This document shows positions 8,908-17,207 of a stretch of 45,536 nt of DNA, one piece after another. Below the pieces are notes generated by a model, which searched no databases, was not told the DNA's origin, and saw nothing but the letters and a program-made list of their open reading frames with translations. The translations under genes and the position numbers were made by a program. Within the stretch, counting starts at the first letter, position 1. Each line of letters opens with the position of its first letter. This DNA comes from Escherichia phage vB_EcoS_WFI, in the sequence record NC_073058.1. One strand, given 5' to 3'.

Positions 8908-9994
8908 TCAACATATGGCGGATCGTATGATTCGCCGTCACATCTTCACCCAGCGCCTGAGCAATGACCAGGCGCGAAGGGTGCTGACTATGTGGGAGAA
9001 GTTCCGGCCCACGTTACTTGGTAAGCTGACCGAGTTACTTGATGGCAAAAAGTCCATGAATAACAAGGCACTGACCACACTGTTAACGCAAATCGACAAG
9101 ACCGTCAAAACGGAACTGCGCACCGAGTTTAAGGCGCTGGCTGAAAGCCTTCAGGAGTTCGCCGACACGGAGGCTGATTATCTTGCCGATACATTAACGG
9201 CAGCGATCCAGCCAGCGGTCGCCGTACCGGCTGTTGAGGTTGTTGGCGTAGTGACTGGCGCGCAGATCGCAGCGACGGCTATGAAAAACCCATTCCAGGG
9301 TAACACCATGATGCAATGGCCCGATTCACTTTCGGAGTGGACCAGGACGCAGATCGGTAATCAGGTGCGCGCTGGATTCATCCAGGGCAAGCCGACTATG
9401 GAAATTATCGCGGACGTAAGGCGCGCTCTCGGCGGTCGTAGTGCGCAGGCAATCTCAAGCGTTGTTAAGTCCGCAGTAAACCACTATGCGGCGACCGCCC
9501 GCGAATTAATGGTAAAAGCTAATGACGATATTCTCGAAGGTCGCCAATGGTTGGCTACATTGGATACGCATACTTCTCCCATGTGCCAGCTACGCGATCG
9601 CCTGTTTTATCCAGTTGATGTTACTCCCGACACCAAAGGAAAGCGCGGCGGGAAAGTGGTGGCTGGGTCACAATATGGCGCTGGTCCGGGCAAGCTGCAT
9701 TATTGCTGCCGGTCTACGGAGACGTGGAAAGTCAAAGGCATGGAAGATTGGCCCAGTGGTAAGCGTCCGGCACTGAAGGCTGACGCGGGTCGATTGCTGA
9801 GTGAGCAGGTCGACGCGCAGACTGATTTCTTCTCATGGGTGCAGCGCCAGCCGCGCCATATTCTGGAGGAATTATATGGGGTGCAGCGCGCAGACCAGAT
9901 TATGCGCGGCGTGAAAGTGCCGAATATGTTCACCGATACTGGCGAACTAATGACTATCGCACAGCTTAAAAACCGGGGGTTATGGCGTGATTAA
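8891..9994 (+). CDS. head morphogenesis protein (MuF / SPP1 gp7-like)
   Basis: Motif WLATLDTHTSPMCQLRDRLFYPVD typical of the MuF-like family; follows portal. Confidence 0.7.
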   Translation: MARTINQHMADRMIRRHIFTQRLSNDQARRVLTMWEKFRPTLLGKLTELLDGKKSMNNKALTTLLTQIDKTVKTELRTEFKALAESLQEFADTEADYLADTLTAAIQPAVAVPAVEVVGVVTGAQIAATAMKNPFQGNTMMQWPDSLSEWTRTQIGNQVRAGFIQGKPTMEIIADVRRALGGRSAQAISSVVKSAVNHYAATARELMVKANDDILEGRQWLATLDTHTSPMCQLRDRLFYPVDVTPDTKGKRGGKVVAGSQYGAGPGKLHYCCRSTETWKVKGMEDWPSGKRPALKADAGRLLSEQVDAQTDFFSWVQRQPRHILEELYGVQRADQIMRGVKVPNMFTDTGELMTIAQLKNRGLWRD

Positions 9995-10295
9995 ATATGC
10001 AGCGATTGGACTGGTTATCGGTCTGGCGGTTGGATTCTGGCAGGGTGATTCCTACCGCACTGGCGTTGTGGCGAAAGCGGCGCAAGAAGCGCAAGCCGAA
10101 GCCCAACGGCAGCAAACTAAGGTTGTTGAGGGGTCGGTGAAGGCTGAGCAAGCCCGCGACGTGGAATACCGGACTATCACGAAAGAGGTTGTAAAATATG
10201 TTACGCGTCCTAACCGTCCTGATTGTAGTTTTGATGCTGAGCGCGTGCGGATCAAGCAAAGCGCCATCGACGCCGCTAACCGAGTCGGTCTATAG
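9987..10295 (+). CDS. i-spanin (Rz-like)
   Basis: N-terminal TM helix (IKYAAIGLVIGLAVGFW) followed by charged coiled-coil region; o-spanin gene overlaps in another frame. Confidence 0.65.
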   Translation: MIKYAAIGLVIGLAVGFWQGDSYRTGVVAKAAQEAQAEAQRQQTKVVEGSVKAEQARDVEYRTITKEVVKYVTRPNRPDCSFDAERVRIKQSAIDAANRVGL

Positions 10296-10428
10296 ACCGC
10301 CTTGCACCTTTGAGAATGCCTCGGCAGATCCAGACGAGGACTTGCTTGTTGATGTTAAAAATATGGAATGCGGGGCTAAGCTGAGGGCGCAAGTGCTGGA
10401 GTTGCAGAAAATAATTCGGGGGCCGTAA
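10198..10428 (+). CDS. o-spanin (Rz1-like lipoprotein)
   Basis: Signal peptide with lipobox LSAC, Pro-rich mature part; starts inside the i-spanin gene in a different frame. Confidence 0.65.
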   Translation: MLRVLTVLIVVLMLSACGSSKAPSTPLTESVYRPPCTFENASADPDEDLLVDVKNMECGAKLRAQVLELQKIIRGP

Positions 10429-10442
10429 TGGCCCCCTTTTTG
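10418..10442. terminator. bidirectional terminator between convergent genes
   Basis: GGGGGCCGTAATGGCCCCC hairpin followed by TTTTTG; the o-spanin stop lies in the loop. Confidence 0.6.
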
Positions 10443-11207
10443 TTAGCGCGGAATACCGCAAATCTCGTTTAACGTCTTCACGTCCAGCGCTACTGCCGTT
10501 GACTTCGGCTTGTCCGGGTATGGAATGAACTGTTCAACTTCAGGCCACGCCGCGATCAGCTTCTTGTCAGTATTGTGCATATCCAGCACGCCGGTAACAG
10601 TTAGTTTGAACGCGTCATACTTCGCACGCAATTCACGGCGGGCCTTGTCGTTGCGGTCCAGGCGCTTGCAGAAATCATGATCTGCCGGGTAGTCTACGCG
10701 ACCGCGCGGGAGATATATCGGCAGCGCGGCCCCGTTCTCGTCCACTTCACACACTGACGCGAGCATAACTTCCTCGTACCCCGGTACTATATCGCTGAGA
10801 TCCGGCGCGAGCGTATTCATATATTTCTCTTCCCAGTATCCGCGGTGCTGGCGGTAGCGGTATCCGTCGCCGCTCATATGCAGGGTACGGATGTTACCGC
10901 CTGCGTTGATTTCGAAAGTGGAGCAGTAAACGCGTCCAATGCCTTTCGTCCGGTCCTTGTTATAGCTGTACGACGCTTTATCGGTGTAAACGCTGACGCC
11001 GTACATCTGCGACTGGTTATCGCTGATTTCTGCGATATATGCGCGTAGCTCGGCGAACGTGTGAATGCCTTTTGGCATACAGTGCAACGTAATGTCATAC
11101 GCCAGGTCGCGAGAGTCCATCATGATTTTTTTGGCTTCAGTCGCGATTTCGTGGTCGCGCAGGATGTTAGCCAGAATCTGGTTTTTAATGTCTTTTGTCA
11201 GTCTCAT
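10443..11207 (-). CDS. hypothetical protein (254 aa), opposite-strand gene inside the head module
   Basis: ATG at 11207 with RBS GAGGA; two ATTGGTTGCAC motifs and TATATT just upstream; no recognisable motifs. Confidence 0.6.
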   Translation of the reverse strand: MRLTKDIKNQILANILRDHEIATEAKKIMMDSRDLAYDITLHCMPKGIHTFAELRAYIAEISDNQSQMYGVSVYTDKASYSYNKDRTKGIGRVYCSTFEINAGGNIRTLHMSGDGYRYRQHRGYWEEKYMNTLAPDLSDIVPGYEEVMLASVCEVDENGAALPIYLPRGRVDYPADHDFCKRLDRNDKARRELRAKYDAFKLTVTGVLDMHNTDKKLIAAWPEVEQFIPYPDKPKSTAVALDVKTLNEICGIPR

Positions 11208-11356
11208 TTGTGTGTCCTCATTGTTGGTGTGCAACCAATATAGTGCAACCAATACCTGGATTGCAAGCGAATTTTGCGATTATTTTTATCGCTGATAATA
11301 TTAGAGGCGTGAAGTCGAGCGGGTGGCCCGCTCTGCCACAATCCCAGGGGGATAGC

Positions 11357-12061
11357 ATGAAACTTACTAAAGCAGAATATGACGCGTTGCCGGAAAGTAT
11401 GAAGGCGCTCTTTGTTGCCGATGGCGACGGGTATAAATCAACATTTATGTCCGCTGACGAAGTACAGGCGGAAATCAAGGGTCTGAAAGACAACAACGCA
11501 AAGCTGGTGAGCGAGAAGAAAGCAGAAGCTGAACGCCGCGCCGAAGCCGAGCGCCTTGCGAAAGAGAAAGAGGAAGCCGCCGCGCGCAAAAATGGCGACC
11601 TCGAAGCGATCGATAAGTCCTGGAAGGATAAGTTTGCAAAACACGAAGCAGACACATCGGGGAAAATCGAATCATATCGCAAGCAGATCCACGACCTTAC
11701 TATCGGCAGCGCTGCCAAAGACCTGGCCTCGAAGCTATTCGGTAAGAATGCTGGCATCATGCAACGCCACGTAATGGAGCGCCTCGCGCTGGAAGACGGC
11801 GAAGACGGCAGCTTGAAAGTGCGTGTCTTGCAGGATGGCAAACCGTCCGCGTTGACTATGGACGAGCTTGAAAAAGAGTTCCGTAATAACGCTGATTTTG
11901 CATCCGTCCTGGCTGGCACGCCAGCCGGTGGCGCACCGAGCAAACCGACACAGGTTATCGAAGATGCGAAGTCTAAAATCACGATGGGCCATAGCTTCGG
12001 TATCACCGACCTGACGAAACAGGCAGGGGATATCATCGCTAAGATGGGCGACGACGAGTAA
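11357..12061 (+). CDS. scaffolding protein (putative)
   Basis: Charged, predicted coiled-coil (AEAERRAEAERLAKEKEEAAARK); immediately upstream of major capsid gene; RBS GGGGGA. Confidence 0.6.
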   Translation: MKLTKAEYDALPESMKALFVADGDGYKSTFMSADEVQAEIKGLKDNNAKLVSEKKAEAERRAEAERLAKEKEEAAARKNGDLEAIDKSWKDKFAKHEADTSGKIESYRKQIHDLTIGSAAKDLASKLFGKNAGIMQRHVMERLALEDGEDGSLKVRVLQDGKPSALTMDELEKEFRNNADFASVLAGTPAGGAPSKPTQVIEDAKSKITMGHSFGITDLTKQAGDIIAKMGDDE

Positions 12062-12065
12062 GCAG

Positions 12066-12090
12066 ATCGCCCGCGAAAGCGGGCGATTTT
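12066..12090 (+). terminator. rho-independent terminator
   Basis: ATCGCCCGC-GAAA-GCGGGCGAT hairpin followed by TTTT. Confidence 0.55.
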
Positions 12091-12158
12091 GCGAGCGCGT
12101 AAATCTAAGGTAACATTAACGTCACTGGGCGAATGCTCACAACTCAAAGGATTTCGAT

Positions 12159-13259
12159 ATGTCTTTAACAGTGTTCCAGCGTAAACTCGTTACCGCGGTT
12201 ACGCAGATGATTCCCGACAACCTGAACGTGTTCAACGCTGCCGCTAACGGCGCTGTTGTTCTCGGTACAGGTGAAGTGCTGAAGGACGTTGTAGAAAAAA
12301 TGTCCGTAGGCTTGATCGCCAACCTCGTTACTGACCGTAACGCCTACGCCCCTGTTGGTACTCCGGCAACCGCTAAAGTGCTGGCGCGTATGCTGACCAA
12401 CTCGGTTAACCTCTCCGCGAAAGTGGGTCCGGTAGCAATCACCAAGGCTATGATGGCTAAGATCGAAACCAACGTTAACAGCGTTGCGGCTGAGATTGCG
12501 GCACAGGCTACTCAAGCGATTATGCTGCATTACCTGAAGGCCGGTATCGGTGCAAGTAAAGCGGCGATCGAGAGCAACGCAGCGGCAGCATACACCCAAC
12601 CGGCGCGCGTTGATGGCGTTGGCGGTCGTACCTTCCCGACCCTGGCAGACTTCCCGCTGGCGGCTTCTAAGTTCGGCGATCAGGCGTCTTTGATTAAGTC
12701 CTGGTTTATGGACGGCGTTACCTGGGCTAACTTCATTGCCTATCAGGCACTGCCTTCTGCGGAGCAGGTATTCGCTATCGGCGATCTGCAAGTAATGGGT
12801 GATGGCCTGGGCCGTCGTTTCATTATCTCCGATGCCGCTGCCGATGCTATGGGCGCTGGCAAAATGCTGGGTCTGGTCCCTGGCGCGGTTGCAGTTACCA
12901 CCAACGGCCTCGATATGCTGGCGCAGGAAAAAGGCGGTAACGAGAACATCGAGCGCTGGTGGCAGGGTGAGTTCGACTTCAACGTGGCTGTTAAAGGCTA
13001 CCGTCTGAAGGCGTCCGCTCGTACCCCGATCGAAGGCGTCCGCTCTTTTGCCCTGGGTGATATCACCACTAAGGACAACTGGGAACTGGACCAGGGCCAG
13101 GTTGACAACGCTCCGGCAACCGTCCAGGACGTTGGCGCGCAGGACGGTAGCGGGTCACTCGGTCGTCGTAAGAAGCAGGCTGAACAGACCGCACCTACCC
13201 GTAACATCAAGGAAACGGCTGGCGTACTGGTTACGCTGACTGCTACCAGCGCGTCTTAA
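12159..13259 (+). CDS. major capsid protein
   Basis: 366 aa ORF after scaffold, followed by a strong terminator; size and position typical. Confidence 0.7.
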   Translation: MSLTVFQRKLVTAVTQMIPDNLNVFNAAANGAVVLGTGEVLKDVVEKMSVGLIANLVTDRNAYAPVGTPATAKVLARMLTNSVNLSAKVGPVAITKAMMAKIETNVNSVAAEIAAQATQAIMLHYLKAGIGASKAAIESNAAAAYTQPARVDGVGGRTFPTLADFPLAASKFGDQASLIKSWFMDGVTWANFIAYQALPSAEQVFAIGDLQVMGDGLGRRFIISDAAADAMGAGKMLGLVPGAVAVTTNGLDMLAQEKGGNENIERWWQGEFDFNVAVKGYRLKASARTPIEGVRSFALGDITTKDNWELDQGQVDNAPATVQDVGAQDGSGSLGRRKKQAEQTAPTRNIKETAGVLVTLTATSAS

Positions 13260-13276
13260 TCGGCGCACATCCCAAA

Positions 13277-13304
13277 GGGGCGGGCTTATGCCCGCCTTTT
13301 TTAT
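13277..13304 (+). terminator. rho-independent terminator after capsid gene
   Basis: GGGGCGGGC-TTAT-GCCCGCC hairpin followed by TTTTTT. Confidence 0.6.
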
Positions 13305-13317
13305 AGGAGCGAATAAA

Positions 13318-13818
13318 ATGTATGGCGACCCGCAAACCTTTACTGATTATGCCGCAGCGCGTGGCGTTGAAATTACGCTGGGCGATGCAACGCGACACCT
13401 TACCATCGTTAATGACTTCCTCAACGGCCTCAACTGGATCGGCGAACAAGCAGACCAGACCGGAATCGACGCATGGCCCCGCATTAATTACCCGTCAGAC
13501 GGTAAGCCGGTGCGAGACACGCTCACTGAAGTTGTGGCGGTAGTGCCTGCCGGGCAAATCGTAGACTTCGCATCAATCCCCGTTGCCGTTGAGCAAGCCG
13601 TTTACCGGCTGGCGCTGTTGGTGGCGGACGATATTGATATTTCGCCGATCGGCGGTGGCAAGGAGACTATCCGCGAAACTGTTGGCCCGATTACGATGGA
13701 ATATGACCCCGCTACAATTGGCGGATACGTGGCGTTCCCGTGGTGGGATGGCTTGCTGGGCTACTGGGTGAACGTAGACGGCAACGCTTCAGGTAACTTT
13801 GACGTATACAGGGGCTAA
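13318..13818 (+). CDS. head-tail connector / head completion protein (putative)
   Basis: RBS AGGAG before ATG 13318; position between capsid and tail genes. Confidence 0.45.
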   Translation: MYGDPQTFTDYAAARGVEITLGDATRHLTIVNDFLNGLNWIGEQADQTGIDAWPRINYPSDGKPVRDTLTEVVAVVPAGQIVDFASIPVAVEQAVYRLALLVADDIDISPIGGGKETIRETVGPITMEYDPATIGGYVAFPWWDGLLGYWVNVDGNASGNFDVYRG

Positions 13819-13819
13819 T

Positions 13820-13933
13820 ATGAATCCGGCTGTTATTGCAGCGTTGCTGGCAGCGCTGGCGACGAAAGAGAAAGAGGAAGAACCAGTACCTCCGGAAGCA
13901 CCGGCGCGGGAGGAAGACGATGGCGGGCTTTGA
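13820..13933 (+). CDS. possible small acidic protein (37 aa)
   Basis: ATG 13820 after AGGGGC; overlaps the start of the next gene; uncertain. Confidence 0.2.
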   Translation: MNPAVIAALLAALATKEKEEEPVPPEAPAREEDDGGL

Positions 13934-14273
13934 CTACGCGGGCTTAAAGCGGAAAGTTAATCCGCTGATTAAAAAATTCGGCATGACAGTTACCGTGACG
14001 CGTCCCGGATCTGTTGACCGCGTTAACGGCGACGAAGTGGTAATCCCGCCGACCTCGTTTGATATCATCGGACTGCGTGAGGAGTACAAGCCACGCGAGA
14101 TCGACGGTACCCGGGTCATTGCCGGTGATGTTAAATTCTTATGCCAGGCGGTGGAGCAATTGCAGGTAGGCGATCTGGTTAACCTGAATAACACAGACTA
14201 CCGGGTCGTTAATACTAACCCCCTGCAACCGGCGGGCACGACCATGCTGTTTCAATTACAGCTAAGGGGGTAA
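13920..14273 (+). CDS. head-tail joining protein (putative)
   Basis: ATG 13920 (MAGFDYAGLK); position in neck module. Confidence 0.45.
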   Translation: MAGFDYAGLKRKVNPLIKKFGMTVTVTRPGSVDRVNGDEVVIPPTSFDIIGLREEYKPREIDGTRVIAGDVKFLCQAVEQLQVGDLVNLNNTDYRVVNTNPLQPAGTTMLFQLQLRG

Positions 14274-14274
14274 C

Positions 14275-14868
14275 GTGGCTGAGGTCTACTCGTTCGCCGC
14301 TACCATTGCAACATGGGTAGATAAGACGAAGGAGAACAACGACAAGGCGGTGCGGGCGACCGGTATGCAAATACTCGGACGCCTGATTGAGATCTCCCCG
14401 GTGGGCGACCCCCGCCGGTGGAAGATTAACAAGGCTTATGCGATGGCCCGCCAGCACGCGAACAAGGTGAACGCCGCACAGCGCCGCAAGAATGGCGGCA
14501 AACTGAAGCGCGGGCAGAAGAAGCACGCCAGTGTGCTAGTATCGTTCAAGACTAAAAACGGCAACGTCACGTTCCGCCAGCGTGGCTGGGCCGCGAAGAA
14601 TTACACCGGCGGGCGCTTCCGGGGAAACTGGCAGGTGTCTTTCGACCGTCCGGCTGTTGGCGCTGTTGACCGGGTGGACAAGGCCGGAACGGCAACATTG
14701 GCGGCGGGGCGTGACGTGCTGGCGCATTACGATTCTGGCGAATACGGGTCGATCTGGTTTACTAACAATGTGCCATATGCGCAGCGGCTTGAGTATGGCT
14801 GGAGTAAACAAGCGCCCGCGGGGATTGTTCGCGTCGTAGCGGCAGAAATCAATTCGAAGGTGAAATAA
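14275..14868 (+). CDS. neck / tail completion protein (putative)
   Basis: GTG start with RBS AAGGGGG 5 nt upstream; position. Confidence 0.45.
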   Translation: MAEVYSFAATIATWVDKTKENNDKAVRATGMQILGRLIEISPVGDPRRWKINKAYAMARQHANKVNAAQRRKNGGKLKRGQKKHASVLVSFKTKNGNVTFRQRGWAAKNYTGGRFRGNWQVSFDRPAVGAVDRVDKAGTATLAAGRDVLAHYDSGEYGSIWFTNNVPYAQRLEYGWSKQAPAGIVRVVAAEINSKVK

Positions 14869-15290
14869 TGAGCAATACTCTAATCCGCAAGGCGCTTAAC
14901 AGCGTAGTTGAAGAATTATCGGTAAGCCTGAGCACTAACCAGCGCCCGATCAAGGTTAACTGGGAGAACGTGAAGGGCGACCACGCTATCGGCAATGGCG
15001 TGTACCTGGAGCCGTACTTGCTTCCGGCACCGACCCAGTTTGTTGGCATTCAGCAGAAGGGCCGGATCTACGCAGGCGTGTATCAGGTTGCCGTAGTGTT
15101 CCCCGCGGGCACTGGCACACAGTATGCGAGCGAACTGGCGGACGCCATCGCGACGTCAGACAAATGGCAGGGCGTAAAGATTACCGGCGCTACCTTCCAG
15201 CTTCAGGACGCGCCCTACACCAGTTCGGTGATTGAAGATATCGACCGCGCCCGCATCGTGGTATCGGTCCTGTATAACTGTTGCGCCTGA
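14868..15290 (+). CDS. tail terminator-like protein (putative)
   Basis: ATGA coupling with upstream gene; position just before major tail gene. Confidence 0.45.
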   Translation: MSNTLIRKALNSVVEELSVSLSTNQRPIKVNWENVKGDHAIGNGVYLEPYLLPAPTQFVGIQQKGRIYAGVYQVAVVFPAGTGTQYASELADAIATSDKWQGVKITGATFQLQDAPYTSSVIEDIDRARIVVSVLYNCCA

Positions 15291-15351
15291 TTTGGCGCAA
15301 TTCTGCGCGTGCTGTATCATTAATCCGTATATCTAAACAGGAGCTTTCATT

Positions 15352-16077
15352 ATGGGTTATCAACTTCCTAACGGGTCTAGCGTCCAGATTGGGTCCGTAC
15401 TGGGCGACGGCATCGCTGTTACGGCAGCTACCAACGCCACCGCGTCGATCTCTGACCTCGCTACCGGTTGCGTTATTACCTGCGCGGAATCTCATGGTCT
15501 GGTTGTTGGTGATGTGGTTATGTTCACTAAAACCCCGTGGGTCCGTGCGCTAAACCGCGCGTTTATCGTTGGCGCAGTGTCTACCAACGATGTGACGCTG
15601 GCGCGCTTCGACTCCTCGGACGTCACCAAATATCCTACCGGTGCTTTTGCAGTAGGCACTCCGGGTGAAGTGGTGAAGGTGTCGAGCTTTATCGACTTCC
15701 CGTTTATCACCAACGTTGCCGTGTCGGGTGGCGACCAGCAGACGACTACCTTCCAGCCGTTGCAGGTTAACACCGCGATCAGCCTGAACACCACGAAAAA
15801 CCCGTTGGTCCAGACTTACACCTTCACCCACGACGAAGAAGACCCGATCCGCCCAATCCTGGAAGACCTGGACGACACGCAGAAGACCACCGTGATCAAG
15901 TTCACTAACCCAGCGGCAGCAAGCGGCAAAGGTGAAATTCGTATTTACCCGGCTAAGGTATCTTTCCAGAAGATTCCGTCCGCTGAAGTAAACAACGTTG
16001 AAACGGTACAATCCACTCTGACCATGCAGTCTGATATGGTTATCTACCGTAAGGATCTGGTCGAGGCATTGTCTTGA
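15352..16077 (+). CDS. major tail protein
   Basis: RBS AGGAGC; 241 aa; followed by strong terminator and then the G/GT chaperone and tape measure genes. Confidence 0.65.
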   Translation: MGYQLPNGSSVQIGSVLGDGIAVTAATNATASISDLATGCVITCAESHGLVVGDVVMFTKTPWVRALNRAFIVGAVSTNDVTLARFDSSDVTKYPTGAFAVGTPGEVVKVSSFIDFPFITNVAVSGGDQQTTTFQPLQVNTAISLNTTKNPLVQTYTFTHDEEDPIRPILEDLDDTQKTTVIKFTNPAAASGKGEIRIYPAKVSFQKIPSAEVNNVETVQSTLTMQSDMVIYRKDLVEALS

Positions 16078-16106
16078 TTTGGTCGCTTAAATAGCGAGTG
16101 TTAATA

Positions 16107-16130
16107 TGGGGCCAGCACGGCCCCTTTTTT
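16107..16130 (+). terminator. rho-independent terminator after major tail gene
   Basis: GGGGCCAGCACGGCCCC hairpin followed by TTTTTT. Confidence 0.6.
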
Positions 16131-16146
16131 ATTGGAGAATATTACA

Positions 16147-16509
16147 ATGGCGAAAGCACCACTCTTCACACTTGACCCTAAGCCGACCTTTAAGCTGCCG
16201 ATTGAGATCCCGCGCCCTGGTGAGAACGAGCCGGGCAAGATGACCTTTACCGTCCGCCACCGCCCGATCGACGAGTTTTCGCAGACCATGCAGGACACCG
16301 AGCGCAAGCTGTCGGAATATGACGACAATGACCCGGACGGCTTTAACGTTATGGTTGAGGCCATCATGCACGTCGCTGAAGGCTGGAATCTGCCAGACCA
16401 ATTTAACGCTGAGAACGTCCGCCGCCTGGTAGTCAACTACCCGCGCGCGTTCGGCGTGTTCCACACCTCGTACTATCTCGAATTGATGGGATTGCGTGAA
16501 AAAAACTAA
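16147..16509 (+). CDS. tail assembly chaperone G
   Basis: RBS GGAGA; ends LREKN* directly over slippery heptamer A AAA AAC (16500-16506). Confidence 0.7.
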   Translation: MAKAPLFTLDPKPTFKLPIEIPRPGENEPGKMTFTVRHRPIDEFSQTMQDTERKLSEYDDNDPDGFNVMVEAIMHVAEGWNLPDQFNAENVRRLVVNYPRAFGVFHTSYYLELMGLREKN

Positions 16510-16823
16510 TTGAGGCGGCGCGACGCTTTTATGGCCCGCCGCCACCCTCCGAAGATGTAGCCGCAAGTTTATGGGGCGCGGCCCCCGAAGATGTTTGTCC
16601 GTCTGTTGCGCTATGGCCCGACAACGCGAAGATAGTCGCAGTCTTCACAGATTGCTCTACGCAATGGCGCACCGGATTCGGTGGCGCATACGGCATCGAC
16701 TACGGCGTGCTGGAATGGCTATTTAAGATGCACGGCATCGAAAACGAGCAACGTGCATTTAAAGATATAAAGCTAATGGAGCGAATCGCGCTTGACGAAA
16801 TGGCGCAACAAAACCCCGCATAA
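16147..16823 (+). CDS. tail assembly chaperone GT (programmed -1 frameshift fusion)
   Basis: Frame 0 is open from 16500 to TAA 16821-16823 and encodes ...VALWPDNAKIVAVFTDCSTQW..., recognised from memory as a gpT-like chaperone domain; slippery site A AAA AAC. Confidence 0.6.
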
Positions 16824-16828
16824 TGAAG

Positions 16829-17139
16829 CGGGACAAAACGGGACGTCCCGCTTTGTCCCGTTTTGCAAAACTGCATACTTACTCACTTTCATTGCATAAA
16901 CTCAAAGCGGGACGAGCGGGACGTCCCGATCCGTCCCGCCCCCTAAATGTGCATACCTATTCAGATTTCGTGCATAAAACAAACGGGACAGAAAGCGGGA
17001 CAAACATGGGGCGGGACAAAGCGGGACAGCACCCCGTCCCCGTCAGTGCTGCCGCGGGTTTCAGCCGATCGGGACAAGCGGGACAAACCCCAGTCTTTCA
17101 GACTAGACGGGGGTCAATGGCCCCCCTCGTCTGAGACTG
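16829..17139. repeat. iteron array (about 10 direct and 5 inverted CGGGACA units) ending in a ~50-nt imperfect palindrome; homologous to 45264-45421
   Basis: Visible repeats GCGGGACAA / GTCCCGC; palindrome CAGTCTTTCAGACTAGACGGGGGTCAATGGCCCCCCTCGTCTGAGACTG at 17091-17139; conserved block GGGGCGGGACAARGCGGGACAGCACCCC shared with the second copy. Confidence 0.7.
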
Positions 17140-17207
17140 AATAAGGTTTGTTTGAAATTCGCTGATACAATGTCAATCGGCAACTGCATAAAAAAGGGGA
17201 CTGCATA

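Noticed and set aside
11218-12147. 309-aa minus-strand ORF antisense to the scaffold gene
   Set aside because: Ser/Ala/Arg-rich low-complexity translation typical of the antisense frame of a GC-biased gene; no RBS; the plus-strand scaffold gene is the better call.
16829-17090. CGGGACA repeat array as a possible CRISPR array
   Set aside because: Repeat units are only 6-9 bp, irregularly spaced and partly inverted, with no 25-40 bp repeats separated by unique spacers.
16824-17207. Region between GT and tape measure as cos/pac packaging site or genome terminus
   Set aside because: No cohesive-end motif is recognisable and the element is duplicated near 45.3 kb; packaging-site status cannot be judged from sequence alone, so it is reported as a regulatory or origin-like repeat instead.
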